NCBI GenBank assembly: GCA_965178125.1
Contig: CBCXTV010000008.1
Span: 1 to 51,854 of the forward strand
Length of the DNA: 51,854 bases
Direction: 5' to 3'
Source: Bilabrum cf. latius
Taxonomy: Eukaryota
In this document: one piece after another, positions 25,444 through 37,000 of the stretch
Position numbering within the stretch: position 1 is the first letter of the stretch
Layout of the letters: each line of letters opens with the position of its first letter
Made by a program: the position numbers and the translations under genes
The notes under the pieces: generated by a model
What the model saw: the letters and a program-made list of their open reading frames with translations, nothing else
What the model was told of the DNA's origin: nothing
The model's database searches: none

Positions 25444-27646
25444 GCCGGGTGGGCATGCGGCAGGCGGCCCAAGAGCTCCTCGCCCGTGCACAAGGTAGGG
25501 TCGCCGATGTGCTTCTGGACCGCGAGGGCCTTGAGGTCCTTGGTGTCGTCGTCGGGGATCTCCGCCCACACGCGGTACACCTGCCCGTCCTTGACGAACT
25601 CCAAGAGCATCCCGTACCTCGTCTTGTACTTCGCCCCGCAGACACAGTACCAGCGCTGCTTCGACGCCAGCGGAGCCTCGTGCAAGCGCCTCAGCTCGCG
25701 CTCAAGGTGACCTTGCAGCACGGGTCGTCGGCGCGGCCCGCCATGCAGACGTAGTAGGCCCTGAAGGCGCAGTTGCCGACGAAGTACCACTGGTCCGTGT
25801 AGTCCGCCGCCTGCACCATGCGCCACCGCATGTCCGGGTCCGCAATGTGCGAGAACGCCCGACGACGCCCCGCCGCCGTCTGCAACCACTCCGCGGCTTG
25901 GTCGAGGTCGCGCTCGCACTCGGCGACATCGTCGTAAGCCGGCCCGGCGTGGCAGGTGAGACACCGACACCACGCTCGAGCCGGCTCATCAAGATGTCGC
26001 CTTGATGGAGGCGTGGTGGATGTCGTCCGCCTTCAGAGGACGAGCTCGGCGATGGGAGCAAAGATAGACTTCAAGAAGCTCAGGCCGACGTTGATGTGTC
26101 GCTTCATCAAGGTCTTGCGCTTCTTGTGGCTGAACTCCGCGAGCGCCTCGGCGGCGAGGCCTTTCCGCTGCTCCGGAGTCATGCCCCGGAGAGGTGTCCT
26201 CGGCGCTACCGACGACCTTGTCGCCGCTGCTGGCGGCGGCGCCGGCGTTGGGCTTCGCATCCTCGGGCGTGACGACCTTGAGGAGGTCGCCGGCGACGGC
26301 GAACTCCATCTTGGAGTCGGATCGACCATGACCTTCTGGAAGCGCGCCGCCCGCTCGAGGTCCTTGCTGCAGCGCTTCGCCACGATGGCCTTAACCGCCT
26401 GCTCCTCGTCACAGTTGAACGACTCCGCGGCGCAGGTCCTGCACAGGTACTCGTGGGTCGGGCGCGGGGCGTCCCCGGGAACTCGACCTCGCGGTCGGTG
26501 CCCGCGACCTTTTTCCAAGCCCGCACGAGCTCCGGCGGCGGCTGGACCGGCGTGGCGAGCATCTGGCGCTTCTTGTGCCACTCCCCGCAGCCCTTGCGCT
26601 CGCGCTCCTGCCCCGGCGGCGGGCGGAAGTCATAGGTCCGCAAGAGCTCCGGCGGCACCTCGAGGCCCATTTCGCGCAACTTCCGCTGCGTGAGCTCCTT
26701 CAGCGGCGGGTCTTCGGTCACGTGCGTAACCTTAAACGGCCCCCACGCCGCGCCTGCGTCATCACCGTCGCGCCCGACGACCGCGCCGGCGGCGGCTGCG
26801 GCGCCGGCGACTTCGTGCTGGGCTGTGATCGGCCCCGGCGGTGTCTGCATCGGCGCCGTCCCCTCCGACATCGTCGCAGCAGCCGGCGGCGGCTTCGCGG
26901 GCTCCGAGACGCCATTGGGTCCAGGCGCGCCCCCTGGCGACGTGGTCGGGTGAGACACCGACACCACGCCGCCCGGGGGCATCCCGGCGCACGGCGCGGA
27001 GGCCGGCGGTCGGCGGCTTCGCGGGCGCCGAAGTGCTCGAAGCGTCGGCGGACCCGGGCACACCCCCTGCGATGTGGCCGGGTGAGCCACCGACACCACG
27101 CTGCTCGGGGGCGGCCCGGCAGGCGGCGCCGAGGCCAGCGGCGACGGCTGTGCAGGCGCCGAAGTGCATGAAGCGTCGGCGACCCCTGGCGTGCCCCCCG
27201 GCGGCGCGGGCAGGTGAGCCACCGACACCGCGCCGCCCGAGGACGGCCCAGTCATCGGCGACGGGTCGAACGGCGGCGGCCTCGCGGGCGCCGAAGTGCC
27301 CGGCGTGTCCGCGGGCCCGGGCACACCCCCTGCGACGCGGCCAGGTGAGCCACCGACACCGCGCCACCCGGGGGCGGCCCAGACATCGCGGCGGCGGGCC
27401 CGTCGAGGTCGGCGTAGTCGCCCACGGGTCGTAGACGGCGCCGGTCGAGCTCACGTACGTCGCGGACGGCGGCACGCGCGGATCCCCGCCACCCGAAGTG
27501 GACACGGCGGCGAGCGCGGCCCGGCGAGCCTCCAAGCGGCGCGTCAACTGCGCCCGAAGCAGAGCGGCGGTCGCCTCGGCGTCAGCCAATCCCGCCCGGA
27601 GCTCCTCCTCGGCGAGGGCGTCCGTCGGATCCTGAGATCCGGACAT
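25444..27646 (-). pseudogene. Frameshifted Cys-rich hypothetical ORF downstream of the CRE-like RT, with Pro/Ala-rich repeat N-terminus
   Basis: ATG MSGSQDP at 27646. Pieces 26206-27324, 26033-26581, 25691-25885 and 25444-25700 give CGEWH...YLCRTC, FRAYYVCMAG...PCC and QRWYCVCGAKYKTRYGMLLEF. Confidence 0.55.
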
Positions 27647-29622
27647 CTTGTGACAAGACACGGCCTGAACGCGTCGAGGTGCGGGGGGGGGGGGGAAGCG
27701 CAGTGCCGCGAGGCACGACACCTCAGAGCCTCACACCCACACCGACGGGAAATGCGATTGACCACCGACCGACGAGGGGCACACAGGGTCCTGGCAACAG
27801 AACAACAAGCACAAAGATCCACCGGACCCCCAGCCCCCGCCCGTCCCGCCCGGCACGCCAGCCCAGCACGCCCGCCGCGCACCCTCCGCCCGGCACCACG
27901 CCCCGCCGGCCACCCGCCCCGACGCCGCCGTCCCAGAGCGTCGCCCCTGCCGTAGGAGCGAACAAGCACACGCCGGGCGCCGCCACCGCGAGCTTTGCTG
28001 GCCAGGTGAGCCACCGATACCAGATGCGCCTCGGCCCGCGCTCCTTGCGCAACCCCGCCCGCACCCCGGCCACGGCGCCGCCCAAGCTGGCCAGGTGAGC
28101 CACCGACACCAGCCCCGGCGGCCCGCGCACGCCTCAAGGCGCAACGCCGGGGCCGCAGCGCGCTAGGAACACGACGGGGCGCCAGCCGTCTCGCCGGCGC
28201 TGCGCAAACACATCTCCGCCATTGTGGACTGAAGCGCCTGGGCGACCAGCCATCGGCAATGTTGCAAAGCCGCCCCCGCCTCTTGGGGGGCCGCCCGCCG
28301 AGCCAATTCCCGGGTCCACGCGAGCGCCTCCGCACCCCAACGCCCGCGCGCGTCCACAACAAACGGAACGAGGCCCTCGCCGGGATAGCGGCGGTGCTTC
28401 GCCTTCTCCCGCCGGGCGAGGACCATGCCGGCGCCCACCGAGTTGTGGGCCCCGGCCACGACGACGGAGACGTCCACATTGACTTGCTGGCCCTGCGCGC
28501 CCCGGAGCACAACATCAAGGATGGCTCGCTCCTCGGTGCGATCCCATTTGGGGACGTGCTGCTCGACCGCCGGCGACTGCCCAAGCTCCGGGCCCAAGAA
28601 GCGACGGCTGTCGCGGACGGCATTGTGGCGGGCCACACTTCCGCCCCAACGGCACACGTCAAGGCGTGCCGCACGGCATCCGCCGCGCCGCCGCCGCCAC
28701 ACAGGCGGCCCGTACCCACGGCCTTGTTCTGGCAACAGATGGCCGCCGCAGGCACCACCCGCGCGCAGCCCAACCGAAGGCGGGCCGCGACGGCCGCGTG
28801 CGCGTCCGGCAAAGGCGCCTCGTCGGGCACCGGGAAAAGCCATGCCGCCGCCTCACGGCCACCACACGCTTGGAACCGAGCGGCGTCGGCGACATACAGG
28901 TCCGCCTGATACGGGTGAGCGCGGCCTGATTGACGGCGTCCGTCAACACGGCCTGACGCTTCGGCGCAGAAGCAGCCAAGCACCGCGTCCACCGGTCCAC
29001 GCGCAGGGGCTGGCCCGTGCACACACGCACCTCGTCGTCCAGCGAGCGGATCTTGTCCGTCAACGCCGGCCGACGCTCCTCCAATTCCAACCACGTGGTG
29101 ATGCCCAGCCCGCCCGCCACTTGAGACAACCCGCCCTCCCAGGCCCCAAGCCAGGCGGCAGCCCGGCGACGGACCGCGCTTCCCAAGCCGAACCCCCCGG
29201 ACGCCGCCGGCAGGAACAGCTGTTCCGTTTGCGCGGCCGTCAGCGTGGTCCCCCAAAGGGCCGCCACCAATGTGCCCACCTGCCCATCGACTCGTGTTGC
29301 CCATCGCTCACTGACCGGGATAACGCGAAGGATGTGAACGCACGCTCCCTGCGTCCATGTGCGAAGCAACGTGAGCACATGCACAAGCGGAAGACAAGCG
29401 CGAAACAAACATTCAAGCGTTCCATGTAGGCCTGATGACGGTGAAGAAAAGACTCGGGCTCATTCACGCTGCACGTGGTGTCCAAAGGGACGCCCGTGCG
29501 GTCGTCGTCGGGGTCTCGGGCCCAGGCGGGCGTGACGCGCCGTCCCCTGCGCGGCCAGGTGAGCCACCGACACCGCGGGCACCCTCCCCTGTGGCCAGGT
29601 GAGCCACCGACACCACAAGGGA
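25945..29622 (-). repeat. 9 dispersed stem-loop repeats with head TGTCGGTGKCTCACC
   Basis: Plus-strand GGTGAGMCACCGACACC at 25955, 26949, 27081, 27213, 27344, 28005, 28094, 29558 and 29598, with variable flanking inverted repeats. Confidence 0.9.
26885..27385. repeat. Degenerate ~132-bp tandem repeat, about 4 units
   Basis: Motif recurs at 26949, 27081, 27213 and 27344 (spacing 132, 132, 131) along with GGCGCCGAAGTGC-like and GGCACACCCCCTGCGA blocks. Confidence 0.8.
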
Positions 29623-30683
29623 GGCTCGAGCGTAGGGGACCGGCGTGCCCACCGCCACGAGCTGAGAAACCCGATATGGGGCCAGCTCCGGGGAAGGGGG
29701 GCGTTGACGGCATGGGGAGCCCACACCTGGGTCTTGGCCGGATGCACCAGCAAGCCCATAACAACGGGCCCGCTCGGTGAACGCTGGATACCTACCACGA
29801 CCGCAGCGGCTGTGCCAACAAAGTACGTGTTGTCCTGGTATGCCACCACGGTGGCACCAGGGTCCACATTGCGCATGGCCACCTGGCAGTCGGCCAAAAG
29901 GGACCGGACAGCCAGGCAGTAGACCGCCGGGGACACAGGGCAGCCTTGGTCCAGCCCGAGGTGTTGAGTCACCGTGACCGAGTCCTCGTCCCCCCGCCCC
30001 ATGATCACATGAGTCGCGCTACCCTCCAACCAGGCGCCGGCCAAGCCCAAAGGTCCGGCGCATGCAGCCGCAAGCCACCCAAGGCGGCATCACGGTTGAG
30101 GGACGTGAAGGCGTCCTTGATATCGACACTGCCGACCACGGTGTCCGCGCGGCACGCGACCGCGCCCTGGAGATGACGATGCAAGGCACCCACGCCATCC
30201 GGCGCGAGCCCAAACTGCTGGGGGCCGGCCGCGCCGACCAAGGCACCCGACAACACGCGGGCGATCGCCCGGCCCAACAACCGGCGAAGCACACCGCCGC
30301 AGCCGAGGGGCCGCACCCCGCCGGACTTATTGGGCAGACCGACGAGCCGGGCCGCGAGAAACGCCCGCAGCACGGAAGTCGGGACACGCCCCCCGGCCAA
30401 GCGGACAATAACGCGCGCCACTTCCGTGGCACTTTCAACGTCCGTTGCGAGCGGTGCCCAGTGCTCGTACCGCGATGCCCCCGGCCCCCCACCCGGACGA
30501 CGCGGGTGACGCTTGAAAGCCTTGGCGCGGGTCGGTCGGTCGGAGGGGAACGGGCGGGCGGATCCTCTGGCTGAGTATCTCCCATCTTGGCAAGAACATC
30601 CTCCGCGCCGCACCGCTCTTGGGCCCCCCAGGCCGCGCTCTCTATGCGGCCGGGAGGTCTCAACTGCCTCCAACAACTGACGC
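28163..30683 (-). mobile_element. Decayed CRE/SLACS-like non-LTR retrotransposon ORF (RT, Zn finger, restriction-like endonuclease), 5' end cut at the copy 2 LTR
   Basis: GPGASRYEHW, LPNKSGGVRPLGCGGVLRRL, PQQFG, VDIKDAFTSLNR, GLDQGCPVSP, VVAYQDN, QLFLPAASGGFGL, C..C..HALTC, RHNAVRD, ILDVV...VDVSV...REKAKHRRY...LVPFVVDARGRWG across frameshifted ORFs. Confidence 0.88.
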
Positions 30684-30942
30684 ACTCGCAGTGCAACCGT
30701 TCAATGCCTTGTTCGCAGCTACGGCTCAGGCTAATGCTGCAGCAAGCCATTCGCGTTTCTGTGTTTGTATAGTCCTTTCACCGTGACACTTCCCGTGCCT
30801 GCGTATTCCCTGCGCTCAGAAACATCACTCCCTTGCGAGCAGCCATGGCATTCCGCTGTGTGGTCATGCAGATCGTCTTGACGTACTACTTGGGCTCAAG
30901 AGCGCACGATCACGGAAACCAGGCGGGAGGTGTCTCTCGACC
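30684..30942 (+). repeat. 5' LTR of copy 2 (259 bp)
   Basis: Direct repeat of 50407-50667 (5 substitutions and one 2-bp indel by eye). Confidence 0.95.
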
Positions 30943-30954
30943 TGGTAGCGGAGC
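30943..30954 (+). promoter_or_regulatory. Primer-binding site, initiator-Met-type tRNA (TGGTAGCGGAGC)
   Basis: TGG directly after the LTR end; same as copy 1. Confidence 0.85.
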
Positions 30955-31064
30955 AGTGTGGTTGCAGGACTTTCTCTCCTACCGATCCGCTCCTACGTCT
31001 CCGACCTCGGAGACGCCTGAGCGCGAACTCACCACCCGGCGGCAGCCTTGACGATGACGGTTCA

Positions 31065-34000
31065 ATGAAGCAATACGTGACAGACGTGACGGAGGCGAGC
31101 CGCACGACAGACCGGACGTCGGAAAGCACTCTGAAGGTGCAGCAGCGCATCCAACCCTCCGACGGTATCCACAGCCGTGTGCACTACATGTTGGGGATGG
31201 CCCACGCAATGGTACTTGCAGCAATCCTCTCCATCGTCTCCTACGCGATCCCGTACAGGCAAGCGCGCCAGATCACGTTGGGCAACCTAGACGGCGCCGC
31301 CCTCCTGGAACCCCGCCGGTCGCGGCTACACCTTGCGGGAATATATCGAGGACCTGCAGCGTTGGCTCAGTGTCACCCGGTACCAGCACCACGAGATAGG
31401 CAACATCATCGCCAACGGTCTGCAGGGCAGTGCCGCCTCCTACGACAGCGATGGAAGACGACCGACCTTGTCCGGGGCCGCACGAACGAAGCGACTGGCC
31501 ACGTCCAGGACCCCGTGTCGATGATCATCTCCGATCTCGTGGAGAAGTATGCGCCCAGGGCGGCCGACGATCAGGCCGCCATCGACGACGAGCTCCATCG
31601 GTTCGAGCGGTATTCGACGGAGACGTTTGAACAAATGCACGACCGCTATGAGTATCTACGGACGCGACAGCTCGAAGAGGGGAAGGAGTTCTTTCCTTGG
31701 CGCCACCATTGCCACCAGATGATCCGACTGAGTGGGCTTCCGCAGCACGCCTTGTGGGAGATTACAAGACGCCTTCCGGACAATGTCTTGCCCACGACGC
31801 ATGTTGGATACACGGACATGGTCAAGGACATCAAGACCTACGCCCTCTTGAAGGACCAGAATGCGTCCAATCCCCTCGTCGGCATCACCGAGACCTTCCC
31901 GATGGACGGAGCCGAGCTCGACCGGCGCGCCACGACGCGCCTCGTTACTTTCAGGCAGAGCAGCCCCAGATGCTTGTCGACAGCAAGTACAGCGAGAGGG
32001 CCCAGGCGTGCGCACCGAGCTTCTATCAGGGGCCGACCCCGATGACATGGAATCCGGTCAATGTGCAAGACGGAGCGTGTGGATGCCGATCGGCTGAAGC
32101 GCTTCGTCAGCTTGTGTCGCTCAGCCCTCATATGCATCAGTCTTTCGGCCGCCGATTCGAAGGGAGCTCCGACCTCGCTGCAAGACGAGGACAACATGGT
32201 CTCCTGATGACCCATGGGGAGTTGTACGGGTCAGACGCCGAGTCCTCGTCGGCTACCTCCTCCGACTACGGCAGAGGACGACATCGACCCCAGTCAGGCC
32301 GAGACTCGCGACGAGCAGATCTACTTCCAGTACCGAAAGGCCAAGCGAGATTGGCGCCGAGCGACGCGGCGCCCTACCAGACGGTTTCGCAGGCCTTCCG
32401 CTTCTTTAAGTTTCGTCGCGATCAGGCCGGGCACTTCCAGAAGAGACGACCGTACCAGGAAAGCCCTTCACTCGGCGCCATCACCAGTACCTAGCAGACG
32501 CCAGCGACCCTCAGGACATGCACGATTTCGGCACCTTCCTGTTCAACAAAGGAAAGGGAAAAGGAAAAGGAAAAGGCAAGTTCTCCACAGCAGGTGGTTT
32601 CGGGCGCCTGCGGAACCCCGTTGGATCCGATGGGAAGGTGATGACGTGTCGCATCTGCGGGTCCGAGGAGCACTTTGCCGCCCGCTGCCCTCAGAAGGGC
32701 GGTGGGAAAGGAGGACAATCCGGAAACGATCAGCTGTGCACTATGGTGGGACTCCATGGTCCTCATGGCAGATGGGCCCAGGTTCTACATCTTCCTTCTC
32801 ACAAGGGTCCGCCGAGCGCAATCCGATGTTCCAGGGCTACATGGTCAATGCACACATGACTAGGCCGGTCGACACGTCCGGCGCCCTCTGGAACGACGAG
32901 AGCTTGCGCGCGCCCCAGTGGGGGATGGACACTCCACAGTCCTCTTCCACTCCCAGGTTGAACAATTCCCTGGGTCTGGTGACTTTCGCCAGGTCTTCAT
33001 GACGAACTCCCAGTACAGCGACGACGCAGCCGCCTCACACACCAGTTCCACGAGCACTAGTGGCTCAGTTCCGAGTCTGGTGAGGGCAGGTTATCTCCCC
33101 GCGAGCGCGAGCAGTCAGCAGCCGTCGTATGCTTGTATGGCGACAGTGGCACAGCAAGTTTGAAGAGAAGGACACGTACACCTGGGACAAGAAGTACCAG
33201 TCGCAGACCATGAATCAGGAGCTTCCCCACTGCCGACTCTCTATGAGAAGAAACGCTTGGACGGCTACCAGAGGCAACAGGGCTACTGCCAGCGCGACGA
33301 TGGCGGAGGACACCTGATCGCCAGTACTGATCGAGCAGCCGACCGAGTGAGTGACACAGTGGTGGAGCTCCTCAAGCACACCAAGCAGAAGAAGGAACAC
33401 TTCGCCCCTCAGTTCTACCAAGACGCCGACCGTTTGAATGTTCGGCCCGGCAGCTATCACCTCGCCGAAGTGATCCGATCGAACCGGGACCTCCAGCGGC
33501 AACAGCAAGGTGCAGAGCAGCGCGAGGGGCCGCGGGCAGCCTCGCGACTACGTTGCTGAGATGGGTCAATGCTGGCGGGACAAGATCGGCAAGGAGCTCT
33601 ATGAGCACACCCTCGTGCAGGCCTCCATGCAGGCCACAGGTGCCGCTGTGGGCTCGGCATACCAGGACTTGATCAATGCCAGTCTCCGGCCGACGCAGCC
33701 TGCGCCGGTTCCAGGTCCTTCGATGATGTACCAGGACCTGATCGACGCCAGCCTTCGGCCGATGCAGCCTACACCGGCCCCGAGACCGTCGAATTCAGGG
33801 CCAGCCGGGAGCACTCAGCCGCCGACCGCAAACTATGTGAGCAACCCCAACACCAAGGGCGTCCCAGTGTACACCTCCGGCGCACCCATGTCGTTCACTC
33901 CAGACAGGAACTCGGCCAGCAGTGAAAGCACGCAGCGAACACAGCCGGTGCCGAGCCGCTCAATGTATGGCACATTTGTTGGCCAGACGATGCCAGTGAA

Positions 34001-37000
34001 CGATGCGGATGCCGGACATGGTGGTGGTGGGGATGCCGATCGGCTGAACCCCGCCAGCCAATCTGCAATTCACACGGTCGGTGGCCAGGCATGGGGCGCT
34101 TTGACGAATGTGGCGCTCAATGTGATCAGCGTGGCTCAGAGCGCCCTGGGAAGCAGCACTACGCAGAGCTATTCGATTGCGCCCTCGACACCCGTTGTGA
34201 GTGCCCAAGGCATTGCAGGCCATGCCGAGTGGAGACCGCAGCTCCGTCCGCCTACAGCCGCGCCGCCGTCGGCGTCGGCCTCAGGCATTGGGAGCGCAGT
34301 CATGCTCGACGAAACGCCGATCACGTACCCGATCCTGGCCCCCATGCCGGCGAGCCAGGACGTTTTGATGCACGACGTGACCTTCGATGTGTCCGCCCGT
34401 TCCGGGCGGCAGCCGAGTCGATTCAGCAAACATCTCCGGCGACGGCGTCCGTGCCCGCGAAGGACCCTGAGCTTGCACGGGCGCCAGTCTCGCGACGTAC
34501 GAATCGGAGGACACCCGTTCAGAAGGTGACCAAGAAGAAGGAGGCACAACGCCGAAGGCGCACCTCACGCAGCCCAGTTCATCAGAGCGTTCGCCGTCGC
34601 AAGTCCGCGAGTCGTCCGTGGAAAAGCGTTCCGCCCCCGACACACCGGTTGAGCACCCTTTGCAGGTCAGGCGAGCAACACCCCGCATGAACGACGCGCT
34701 CACGACGACCGCACCGACAGCCCCTCAATGTGACGATGTCGTCGCCGGCAGTTCGGCGGGGCCGCTTGTTGGCGAGCAGGAGCAGTATCACGACCACAGC
34801 CACGACTCCTGTGCTGTCTGCCAGCAGCCGTGGTGCGAGGTGAAGCACGACGATGGCTGCGTCGAGTCTGTCGAGTCCAACACGGTGGTTCTCTCGTGCG
34901 GGTGCCGTTTGCATGCCAAGTGCTACGGCGAGTACGAGTATCAGGAGTACAGCGTCTTCCGGACCAAGTTCGAGCAGGTCATAGGTGACTACGACCATCA
35001 CCTGCAGGGATCCGATGCATGCGAGTCCCTGTTCAACTATCTGACCTGCCCGAAGTGCACCGAGGCCATCTATGTCAAGACCTATGTTGACGCCGAAGGG
35101 AACCCTCGCGATGGCTTGGCGAAGGCCCCCGTGTTGTGGGCCGTCCACCCGCCGGGCACCATGGAGCCGGGTTCTCATCGTGTTGACGGCCTCTTAAGCA
35201 CTCCGACTGCTGCTTGGGCTCCAAAGGTCAAGCAGGCCTTCCGGCAGTACGCGATGTCCAAGCCGGAGCTCCAGTGGCTGCAAGTGGATCCAGAGCTCAG
35301 TTCGAGTGCGGAGGAAGACGAAGTGACGACGATGCTGAACGAACCAAAGACGACCACCGACGTGACGACGGAGATGGAAGGGGCAACCCACTACACGACA
35401 TACGAGAACATGCACTATCAGGACGCACCGCTGCGGGTCAATGGAGCTATGGCGACTACTACCACATGAACACGAGGCCGCTTGACGGCAGCAGCGCCCT
35501 CCTCATTGACCCGGGCTCCGTGGGTAACCTCTGCGGTGATCAATGGGCCCTTGGACTTCAAGCGATCGACCATGGGTATCGACCGTCAGAGTACACCAGG
35601 CCGAAGCCCCTCCGCGTTTCGGGGGTCGGCCACGGGTCGCAGTGGTGCAATAAGGACGTGCGTTTGCCCATCGTGCTCAAGTCCGACACAAGAGCCGACG
35701 CCATTTTGGGCGATTTCATCACTCCGATCGTGCCGAACTCGGAGCTGCCAGGTCTCTTAGGCCTGGCCACCATGCGCAATGCTCGCGCGATCCTCGACCT
35801 TCAGGACATGCGTATGTACCTCTGTGGCGAAGGGGACTACGACTTGACGAAGGCGCTGCCTCCTGGCACGGAGAGCTTCAAGCTTGAGACGTCACCCAGT
35901 GGTCACCTGCTGCTCCCCTGCAGCAACTTCGGCGAGAAGAGCCTCGCGGCGAGGAAGATCAGCCTGCTGACGCAGGAGAGCAGCGAGCAACCGACCATGG
36001 CCGAGCAGACCGAGAACAAGGTGGTGTCGTTTCGCACTGTGGCGCCGACCACGCCGAAGTCCCCGGCACCGCCGGCGCCCCCGATCCTTCCGGTCCATCT
36101 CGAGACCATGGGAGCGGACTTTGCCAGTCAGCCAGAGAGAGTGAAGGCCCCACCATGTGGATGCCGATCGGCTGAAGCTGGTGGGGTCCCTTTTGACAAA
36201 CCTTGCGCAGCCTATCCGTGCAGTGTGTTCAATGTCTCAGGGTTCAATGCATTCTTTGTGGCGGGAACCGCGCATGTGATTGGCAGTCGCCCGCCAGAAG
36301 TAGAGCATCTGCAAGGACCACGGGCTGAGCGGCTGCACCCTGCACCGCCTGTCCGACGCGATGCGCGCCCGCAACAAGGACCATCTCCCGTGGCAGGGCA
36401 AGCAGCTGCTCATTGAAGTGCCCCCACAGATGAACCCCGGGTTCGAGCACACGCTGAAGAGTCTGGTCTTGCCTGCCATCAACTCTGGCACGAGCGTCAC
36501 CGTGTTCTCTGTGCCCGATGGCAAGCGGCAGAGCCAGCGACACACCTGGCTCGACATTTGGAACAAGGTGCATGGCACGGACATCTTCCGCTTCGTTCGC
36601 CGAGGCATTCGCACTTTCGTCCCCGACAGCGGCGACAACCGTCAGGTGTATGTCGCCAGCACATGCCGCCTCCCAGACGACGCAGACAGCGACTCCATTC
36701 CAACGAGAGGGACGACGTGTGGCCTCTTCCGCCGCATCTTCGTGTTACTTGCGGTTGCCTTGTTGATCCTCTTGGGTGCCAAGGTACTTGCGTCTGGCGG
36801 CCGGGATCAGGGCGTCCCAGGACACACCAGACTCAGCAGTTTGGGCCCGCCCGCGGGCGGACCCAGCAGATCACTCAACAAGTACCACCTACGCGTGAAC
36901 ACGAACACGACAGAGCCGCCTCCGGGCGGACACGAACTCCAGACACAGCAGGCCCCAGAAGCAGGACACAGCGGCAGCCAGTCACAACAGCAGTGCGATC

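Noticed and set aside
29829-29840. YQDN as a novel RT active site
   Set aside because: One transition from YQDD in an element with many frameshifts; most simply an inactivating mutation.
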